Shown: positions 54,253 through 64,000 of the stretch, in pieces
How the letters are laid out: each line of letters begins with the position of its first letter
Numbering within the stretch: position 1 is the first letter of the stretch
NCBI GenBank assembly: GCA_000004695.1
Contig: CM000150.2
Coordinates: forward strand, 1,504,001-1,568,000
Origin: Dictyostelium discoideum
Taxonomy: Eukaryota
Direction: 5' to 3'
DNA: 64,000 nucleotides
The notes under the pieces: generated by a model
Seen by the model: the letters and a program-made list of their open reading frames with translations, nothing else
Databases searched by the model: none
Told to the model about the DNA's origin: nothing
Program-made: the position numbers and the translations under genes

Positions 54253-56700
54253 ATGGAATATAACGAAGAATCATTAGAGATTCTAAATAAACTTATTCAT
54301 GTTTATAAAGAATATTTCAATGATAATAAAATTGGTAGAATTTCATTAAATGAAGAGGAAGAAGAGGATAAAGATCAAGAAGAAGAACAACAACAAAAAC
54401 AACAACAAGAAGAGGAAGAAGAAATAGTGAATGAAAATAAAAATAAAACAATAATAATTTTAAAAGAATTAAATGAAAATAATATTATAAAACATTCACT
54501 TGAATTTATTTGTGAAAAGAATAATAATCAAATATCAGACTTTCAAATAATACAATCTAGAGAGACAACATTAACAATTGTAACATTACTTTGTAATTTA
54601 ATGAGACACCAATCAAATTTATTCAATCAATTAGAATTGGATGAATTTTATAAAACCATTTTATTCATGTTAAAAGAGTTATTAACATCATCAATGTCAT
54701 CATCTGCATCTTCATCCTCATCTTTATCATTTGATGACGATGGCAACCCCTCATCATCGTCATCACCAAAACATACTTCAGCAACAGCAGCAGCAGCAAC
54801 AACAACAACAGTAGGAAGTAACGGTGAACATATTATATCACCAGTAATTAATAGAATTAAAAAGAGTAGTACAGGTGGTAATATTAGATTATCAACAAAT
54901 AATACACAAAGTAATAATCCAAGACAGCAATTATATAATATCGTATCGGTGACATTATTAGGTACAGTTTGTTTATTATTCCCATCGAATCAACAATTAT
55001 TAATAGAATCAATGCCATATCTTTTAGAAATTGGTCGTTATAAATCACAAACTCAAACTTTAGTTTTATCAACAATTTCTTCTGAAATCATTAATAGACC
55101 AAAAGTTTTATCAAATTATGTTTTACAATTTATAAATGTAAATATATATAAAATATTTTTTTTTTTAAAAAAATATAATATGTATACTAATTATTATTTT
55201 TATATATTTATATAGTTTTCAAAAGAAAATTCAAATGTATTTTCAAGTATTACAAATTTATATCAATATAATCAAACAGATTTTGAAAATAATATAAAGG
55301 TATTAGTTGATTGTTTTAAAGAACCAGAGAATAGAGTTGGTATTTTATCAATTTTATCAGAGATATCAAAGAGATCACCATTGGTTTTAATACCATACAT
55401 TTCAGATTTAAAATTATCATTATCACAAATTTCAATCTCTAGTCAATTTACAATTATAATAAAATCATTAGCTTCAAAATATCCAAATTCAATTTCACCA
55501 ATTGTTGATGATATTATGAAAGTTTTAGATAATGTTATAAATAGTAAATCATCATCATCAACAAATACAAATACAACTACAACAACAACAACATCACCAT
55601 CAATATGTTCATCTTATTCTTTACCAGAGATATTAGGTATGTGCGGACCTGATAAAACATTTGAAGCATTTAATTATTTATATTCATTATTAAAGAGACA
55701 ACAAGAGAAAAATACAATACCAACCATTGATGATAGTAATATTGTAGTTTCAACATTAAAGGGTTTAAAAGCAATTCAAAAAACATCACCATTCTTAATT
55801 AATATGAATGATCCATTATTTCAAAAATATAGTAGTTCAAGTGGTCGTAATAGTAATGAATTAATATCTTCATTTACAAATTCTTTAGTTGATGATTTAT
55901 TATCTTCAAATTCAAATTCAAATTCAAATTCAAATAATAATAATAATAATAATAGTAATAATAATAATAATATAGAGAACAATAATAATATAAATAATAA
56001 TATAAATAGTAATAATAATTTAGAATTAATAGATGAAAAATTAAAATCATTATTAATTGAAGATAATAATAATAATAATAATATTAATAATAATTATGAA
56101 AATTTAAGAAAATATTTTACATCAAATAATAAGTTTGTTTTATTATCATTTGATATATTATTATCATTAACTAATTTACCAAGTCATTCAACAATTAATG
56201 ATAATGATAATGAAATTATATTTACATTTATTAATGGTGATAGAAAATCAAATCTTGTAATTCAATTAGTTAATGAAAATTTAACAAAAATTAGTCATTG
56301 GGTAAAAATTAATTATTTACAATCAATTGTAAATTTAAAAACTTTTTTATCAATTCAACAATTAATTCAAATTTATAGAATAATAAATAATAAAAAAAAT
56401 GAAAATGAAGAAAAAGAAAAAGAAAAAGAAAAAGAAAAAGAAAAAGAAAAAGAAAAAGAAAAAGAAAAAGAAAAAGAAAAAGAAAAAGAAAAAGAAAATG
56501 AAAAAGAAGATCAAGATGAAAAATCAACATTTGAAATTAATTATTATAGTATTATATGTAATCCATTTTTAAATTCAAAGATAATTTTAGAATTAAATCA
56601 AGATATTAATAATATTCATAAAGATTTAATTAGAAGGAATAATGTAGCACCACCAACAAATTCTGATAATCCACCAACAATTATAGTTGATGTTGTAAAA

Positions 56701-56735
<35 letters not shown>

Positions 56736-56984
56736 TAATAATTTAATAAAAGTACCATCATCTTCAAATAGTAATAGTGGTAATGATAATGGTAATGGTA
56801 ATGGTGATAGCGGATCATTATCAAATTCTACAACCAATACATCAATTTCATCATTTTTACAAAGTCGTTATCAAGGTTCATTAGTAAAGAAATCAAAATA
56901 TCTTGGTAGAAAAACACCACTATGGTGTAGTTTATCTGATAATGCTTTAATTGGTTATAATAAGAAATTCGATACGTCAAATCC

Positions 56985-57062
<78 letters not shown>

Positions 57063-57540
57063 TAATAATAATAATAATAATAATAATAGTAATAATAATA
57101 ATACAACTACAACCAATAATTCATCAAATTCAATAAATGATAATGAAAATAGTGGTAGTAGTAGTAGTAGTAAATATGTAATTAAAATACCTTATGGTGA
57201 TATTATAGAGATTTTACATTCAAAGAAAAAAGAGAATTCATTTTTAGTATCAACTGATAAGAGAAAATATTTATTCACTGCAAGTAATCCACAAGAAAAA
57301 GGTGAATGGATTCAACAATTAGAAGCAATGATCAGAAATTCATCTGATAATCAAAATAATCAAAATAATCAACAACAACAACAACAAAATGATGATAGTG
57401 ATGAAGTTTTATCAAACTCTTCTTCAACAATTACATCACCTGTAACTTCACCAAATTTAAAATCCGAAAATGGTAAAAATACTCATAAAAGATTAAAGTT
57501 TAGTTTTTCACAATACATAAACTTTAAAAAGAAAAATTAA
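54253..57540 (+). CDS. PH-domain-containing protein of about 1070 aa. Two exons: 54253-55137, 55216-57540. The C-terminal PH domain is interrupted by a polyN insertion.
   Basis: A gtaaat donor at 55138 (phase 0) and a tatag acceptor at 55214-15 join the two ORFs in frame. The C-terminal region reads GSLVKKSKYLGRKTPLWCSLSDNALIGYNKK-[polyN/low complexity]-KYVIKIPYGDIIEILHSKKKENSFLVSTDKRKYLFTASNPQEKGEWIQQLEAMI, which is a PH-domain pattern. (GAAAAA)16 at 56409-56497 gives a KEKE tract. Confidence 0.6.
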
Positions 57541-58899
57541 AATTAATTTTATAAAGTAATAAATAAATTTCTTAACAAAGAAAAAAAAAAAATAATAAAA
57601 AAAAAAAAAAAAAAAAATTAAAAAAATAAAATGTGTTAATTATTAAATTTAATATTCCATTAATATTCAATTAACTTTATTCTTTTCCAAATAAAAAATA
57701 AATATAAAAAAAAAAAAAAATACCAAAAAAAAAAAAATCTGTTAAAATGCAATTGAAATTTCAATTTGAGAGAATTATTTTTTTTTTTTTTATATTATTA
57801 GAATTTTTTAATTAACACTAAATGGAACCCACATGGTTCCGCCAACTCGATGTGTTGTTTTAAAAATAATTTTTTTTTTTTTTTGGTGGTTTTTTTTTTT
57901 TTTCATTAAAAAATTTTTTTTCAACAACACAACCACACCCTTTGTGATTGAATGCGCAATAAAAATAAAAACAATAAAAACAAAAAAATAAAAATAAAAA
58001 TAAAAAAATAAAAAATATACAAAAAAATAAAAAAAAAACAAAACAAAACAAAAAAAAAAAAAAAAATTCAGATTTCATTTTAACCGCAAGATTTTTTTTT
58101 TTTTAAAAAAATATATATTTTTTTTTCTTTTTCTTTTTCTTTTTTTTTTTTTTTTTTCTTTTTTTTTTTTTTTTATAATTTTTTTTTAATTTTCATTTTT
58201 TTTTTTCATAAGAAAAAACATATTCTTAATAAAAACATTGTTATTTATAGAATAGTAAAGTATGACAATAAAAGAACTATTTTAAAAAAAATAAAAAAAA
58301 CTAATCATTTCACAACATTATTTTTTTTTTTTTTTAGGTTTATTTTTTTTTTTTTATTTTTTTATTTTTTATTTTTTTTTTTTTGGCAAAATAAAATAAT
58401 TTTTTTTTTTTTTTTTATTTTATTTTTTTTTTTTAAATTGTAATTATCATAAAATATCAATAATTTTATATCTAAAATATCACACACACCCACTCTCACA
58501 CTTATATTTCCTCACTCAAACCCCCAAAAATAAACACAAACTTATCCAACAATTATTTTATATTAATATTAAAATTTATTTCAAAATAGATTTAAAAATT
58601 TAAACTAAAGCATAGAGGTATATCTTATTTTTCTTTTTTTATTTTTTTTTTATTTTTATTTTTTTTTACTTTAATAAAAAAAAAAAAAAAAAAAAAAATA
58701 ATTTAAGGACAAAAACAATCAACAAAATAAAGGTAAGTTTTTTTTTTTTTTTTTTCTTACACACCACTACCTAAAAAATAAATAAAATAGAAAAAGATAA
58801 AGAAAAAGAAAAAGAAAAAAAAAAAAAAACACCATTATACAATAATTCATACATTCATAATTTTATATATAATTATAATTATATATACTATTGGTTCAT

Positions 58900-58931
<32 letters not shown>

Positions 58932-59061
58932 TTTAAAAAATATTAATTTTTTTTTCTATTTTAATTTTTTTCTTTTTTTTTATCTATTATTATCATTTTT
59001 TATTTTTTTTATTTTTTATTTTTTATTTTTTTTTTTTTTAATATATTAAATTATAAAAGAA

Positions 59062-60438
59062 ATGGGAAATATAAATTCAATTTGTTTAAATAATAATGGA
59101 AAATATAGAATTGATTCAATTTCATGTTCATTAGAAGGATGTAAATTAAATAGTAAAGAATTGGTTGAAAATATGGTAGCATTAGTTGATAAATATCCAT
59201 TAACACAACTTTTAATTATAAGGGAATGTAAATTGAAACAAATACCAGTTAATATAACCAATTTATCAAATTTAAGTGAATTAATATTAAGTGATAATAA
59301 GTTATCACAATTACCATGGTCATTACCACCACCATTTAAACCTAATACATTATTATCAATGGCATCAATTACCAATGAGAATTTGGTTAGATTGGATTTA
59401 TCAAATAATCGATTTACAGAGTTCCCTTCAAGTGTATTTGTTTTACCAAATTTGAAACAATTAATACTATGTAATAATCAACTCACCAATATGAATGTAA
59501 CATTATGCGGAGGAACATCAAATAATAATGGAGCGCATCAACCACATATAGCATGCCAATTGGAGGAGTTGAAATTGTCAAATAACAATTTCACAATATT
59601 TCCCTCAATCATAGGTGACCAATTAACAACCTTGAAATCATTGGATCTCTCTGGAAACACTATAACCTCATTACCAAACTCGTTCTCAAATTTGGTGTCT
59701 TTGACATCATTGAATTTAAAATCCAATAAATTCACTTGTTTTCCACCAAGTCTTTGCACATTGGATAAATTGGTACATTTAAATCTATCATGTAATCAAA
59801 TACTAGTCAGTCCATCAGATCATACATTGGGTGTGAGTTTATTACCATCCTTGGAGAAACTGGAATTACAACATAATCGTTTCGCTCATTTTCCAATGGA
59901 CATTTTAGAGATTGTCTCGTTGAGAGTATTAAAACTTCAAGATAACGATATTGATAAAATACCAGATAAAATCGGTAACCTTTTAAATTTGAATGAATTA
60001 TTTTTATCAGAGAATAAAATCACTCAATTACCTTCAACCATTGGTGAACTAATAAATTTAAGAAAACTTTATTTAGAATATAATAAAATCGGTTCATTAC
60101 CACAAGAATTTTCAAAACTTTCAAAATTAAATATTTTAATACTTCATAATAATGATTTAAAATTTGTACCAGATCAATTACATTCACTATCACAATTATT
60201 AAGATTATCATTAGATGAGAATCAATTATCTTCATCTGATCAAAAATTAATTAAATCTGAAGGTTCTTTAGCATTAATAAAAAGAAAAAATAAATTAAAT
60301 TATGGTAGTACAATGAATGGTACTGGTACAACAAGTTCAAGTGGTTCTGCTAGTACTAGTACTCATGGTTCAATTAATAAAACAACTGATATTTTATTAT
60401 CAAGTGTTACTTTAAATAATAGTATACTTAATCAAATA

Positions 60439-60496
<58 letters not shown>

Positions 60497-63400
60497 GTAG
60501 TAACAATAATAGTGGTACAAATAGTTTAAGTAGTACACCAAATGGTACAGGTAAATCAAAAAAGAAATTAACTCATTTAACAATTTCAAGATCATTATTT
60601 CGTGGTAATTCATCAAATTTAGAGAGTGAAAAAGAAGATTTTATAAATAAAAAACAACAACAACAACAGCAACAGCAACAACAACAACAACAACAGCAAC
60701 AGCAACAACAACAACAACAACAGCAACAACAACAACAACAACAACAGCAACAACAACTTGGATCAACAGCATCACCATCAACAGCATCACCAATAACAAG
60801 TCATATTACAGTGAATAGTACAGTTTTAGACTTTGAAGATGATATACAGAAAATGCAATTAGGTTTAGAGGCATTATCAAATTTAGAGACGAGTATTGGT
60901 AGTAATAATAGCGGTGGTGGTGATAGTATGAATGGTAGTGGTGGTAATATTAATAATAGTGGTGGTAGTGGTAGTGGTTGTGGTACTATTAGTGGTAGCA
61001 CTACAAAACAAAGAAGAGGTAGTGTTTTCTTACCACCAACAAATGCATTTAAATTATCACCAAATGTGGTTAGTTCAAGTTATAATACATTACCAGCATC
61101 TGTAATGAGTGGTTTATTACAGCAACAGAATCTTGAGAATGGTGGTGTTGGTAGTGGATCAGGATCAGGCTCACCAATAATTAGTGCAAATAGTATATGT
61201 AATAGTAATAGTAGTAGTAGTAATTCATTATTAAAACCTCCAATTATCAATACAACCAATTTAAGTACATCACCAAATTTATTAAGTCAATCTTCAACAA
61301 GTTTTTTAAATTTACCACCATTAAATCAATCTTCAACAAATTCATTTTTACCACCACAACACCAACACCACCACCACCATTCAAATTTATCACAATCATT
61401 ATCAATTAATAATTTAGCACATCGTTTACCAACTTCATTATCATCATCATCACTATCATCAAATAATACCTATGATAGTTTACAATTCCAACAACAACAA
61501 CAACACCATCACCACAATCATAATAATCATCAAAATTCAAATCAACCATTAGCAACAATTGTACCATCATTTTCAAAATTTAAAAACTCATTTGATCAAT
61601 TATTAGAAGAACAAGATTTTAGTAAAAAGAAAAGAGAAACACTTCAAAAATTATCAAAAGAACAAAAATGGAATTTATTACTTCAATATAGAAATTCAAC
61701 TTTAAATATGTTAAATATGAAAGAGCATTCAAATAATAGTAATAATAATCAATCAATTAAAAATTCAACTATAATAGCATCAACAACAACAACAACAACA
61801 ACAAATGGTGAATCATTGGATGGTTCATCAATTCAACAACAAATTACAAAAAATTCAAATTTTCAATCATCAAGATTTTATATTGATAATTTAACAAGTA
61901 AAACAGATATTTCATTAGTAAAAGAAGTTCATGACTTTTTAAAAGAAAGTGGACCAGAGGTATCAATATTTATTGGTATGGGTGGTATTGAAAGTTTATT
62001 AGGAATTTTACAATTTAATTTAGATAATGCGCAATTACAATTTGATGAAGAAAAAGTTGGTTATTGTTTATTATGTTTAAAGATATTGGTTGAATGTACA
62101 GCGAAATCAGTGATTACAACTAATAACTCATTGAATTTAGTTACCATGTTTTTGACATCTGCAAGTAAATATATCATTGATATCATCATTGATATCTATG
62201 ATGAACTGCTAAGATTACAAGTTATTGGTGTTAGTGTTGTATTGGATTCATTAATTAATTTTCAAAAAGTGAAAGGATTGAGTTCACCTTACGTACCATT
62301 GGTTGCATTACTAAGAAATCCAATCATTGAAATGCCAACTAAAACAACGGTTTTCAAAATTATCAACTTTTTAATCTACTCATTTAGTGTGCTTGAAGAG
62401 AGATTCTCTGTAATTTGCTCACTATTAAAAGTTGGTATTTTAGAAGTGATTGGTATGTTTAGAGCACTACCTCATACATCATATAGTTTAAGATTTGAAT
62501 TGGATCTATTCGAAGAGGTATTGGATAGTGATGAGAGTGAATTGGTAAAGAAAATCGGTAGAAAAGAGGTGTTAAAGAGAATGAGTAATGAAGATAATGA
62601 TCTCTCTAAACAATCATCAAAACAATCAATGGATTTCGTTAGGGTTGTAATGGTTTCTGCGGGTTATGGTGATTTAAAGATTGATTTAGATGAGAGAACT
62701 TCCTATGCCAATGTTATAGATTTCATTCAATCAAATTATCAAATCAAGTATAGCATTGATAGATATGGTTTATTCGTACCTGCAATTGGGTCATTGGTAT
62801 TGGATGGTTCAATTTTACAATCATCAGGCTCACAATCACGTTGGGTTGATCCAAGTAAATCATTGATTGACAATGGACTAAGCAATGAAATCGTTGAATT
62901 CAAAATGAAACCAATGCAAATTCAAGTACTTCAATCAGTGGTGGTGGTGGTGGCTACCAATCATCAAAAGGAAGATATTATTAAAGAGTTTACAATTGAT
63001 CCACAATTGAAATGTTTTGAAATCGTTCAATATCTTCGTACAAGATTAGATAGTTCTTCACCAGCTTTTCAAAGAAAGATTTCAGTTCTAACAGAGGATG
63101 AAGATGAAGATTATGAATCAGACATCTATGGCGTCTATTGTTTTAGTAGTTTAGAAAGTTATGATCAAGGTAGTTGGTATCCATTGAATTCCAGATTCTT
63201 GGATTTCAATCCAACCAATACTCCAACCATTATTGATGTTAAACTTATGGAAAGACCCCTACGTGTACTATTTAGTGGTACTGAAAAGCTAATGAAATTC
63301 AATCCATACGTACCGGTTTCAGAGTTAATCAAAGAGATAAAGAATGAAATTCATTTGAAAATTAATATCGAAGATTATGGTATCTCTTATGTACCAAATG

Positions 63401-64000
63401 TTTCAAGTTCAAATCTATCATCATTAATCATAGAGGAGACATGGTTAGATCCAACCAAAACACTATTGGATCATAATGATATGAAATGTTCAGTTGTACA
63501 ATTTAAATTTAAACCACGTACTGTATCAGTTATGGTATTGGTTGAAAGTGGTATTGAAATACCAACCACTGACACTCCTTATCAATTTGTAAATACTAAT
63601 TCAATCTCTGAAATCATTGAAAAGATTTGTACACCACATCAATTGAATCCTCTATCACATTCACTCTATATTTCCGATTGTCAAGGTCAGAAAATTAAAC
63701 TATTATCACGTCAAAATTGTTTACGTGATCAACAAGTTAACAATGGTGATCATTTAATAATAACTTCAAAACAAAAGGATCTTCCATCAGATTTCAATGT
63801 TTGGGATGAACCAAACGATTCAAGTGAAACCATTACCTATTCAAAGGATCGTAGAGTTTCTTCTGTAACCTTAAATAAATTAATTGAAAAGTTAACATCA
63901 CCAGAGTATACTCAAGATAGTGAAATGAAAACTATATTCCTAAGTTCCTATCGTTCAATTATAACACCATCGGTGCTATTAAGTAAACTTATGGAAAGAC
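59062..64000 (+). CDS. Leucine-rich-repeat plus RasGEF-N (REM) domain protein, N-terminal ~1645 codons. The CDS continues beyond the window end, so the RasGEF catalytic domain is expected downstream.
   Basis: Starts at ATG 59062 (MGNINSICLNNNGK..). About 12 LRRs follow (LSNLSELILSDNKLSQLP, LVRLDLSNNRFTEFP, LKSLDLSGNTITSLP, LNELFLSENKITQLP, LRKLYLEYNKIGSLP..), then polyN/polyQ/Ser-rich linkers and a conserved globular region. The window ends in a RasGEF N-terminal motif, LNKLIEKLTSPEYTQDSEMKTIFLSSYRSIITPSVLLSKLMER. I found no Roc P-loop, so it is not a Roco kinase. It is absent from the ORF track because there is no in-window stop. Confidence 0.7.

Noticed and set aside
59062-64000. Roco-type (LRR-Roc-COR-kinase) identity for the LRR protein
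   Set aside because: No Roc GTPase P-loop (GxxxxGKT/S) or kinase motifs follow the LRRs. The window ends in a RasGEF-N (REM) motif instead, so I called it an LRR-RasGEF protein.

Overview
This window reads as nuclear genomic DNA from a dictyostelid amoeba, almost certainly Dictyostelium discoideum. The evidence is the extreme AT richness (~78%), long homopolymer A/T tracts, in-frame (CAA)n and (AAT)n repeats giving polyQ/polyN, and short AT-rich introns with GTAAGT/GTATGT donors and AG acceptors. The tRNA genes also carry the Dictyostelium-specific external B box about 33 bp downstream. The supplied ORF track uses TTG/CTG/GTG starts and reads straight through several phase-compatible introns, so I rebuilt the gene models by hand.

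I can support about 25 protein-coding genes:
- a VPS13 C-terminal fragment
- a secreted protein
- a RING/TRAF/MATH protein
- an AWS-SET-postSET methyltransferase
- a histone H3
- a polyQ zinc-finger protein with a C-terminal chromodomain
- a RelA/SpoT-type synthetase-domain protein
- a GST
- a vWA plus alpha-kinase protein (VwkA-like)
- a tandem array of three secreted paralogs plus one truncated copy
- a GH7 cellobiohydrolase
- a torsin-like AAA+ ATPase
- a Cys-rich type I membrane protein
- eIF4E
- a PH-domain protein
- the start of an LRR plus RasGEF protein that runs off the window end
- several hypothetical proteins

The window also holds two identical intron-containing tRNA-Trp(CCA) genes sitting in a duplicated ~210 bp block, a tRNA-derived degenerate repeat family including a long hairpin, and a frameshifted non-LTR (TRE-like) retroelement remnant just downstream of one tRNA.

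The strongest candidates for something new are the RelA/SpoT-like synthetase gene, a compact same-strand chromatin trio (SET methyltransferase, H3, chromodomain reader), a GC-rich candidate ncRNA island, and the tRNA-derived repeat and hairpin structure.
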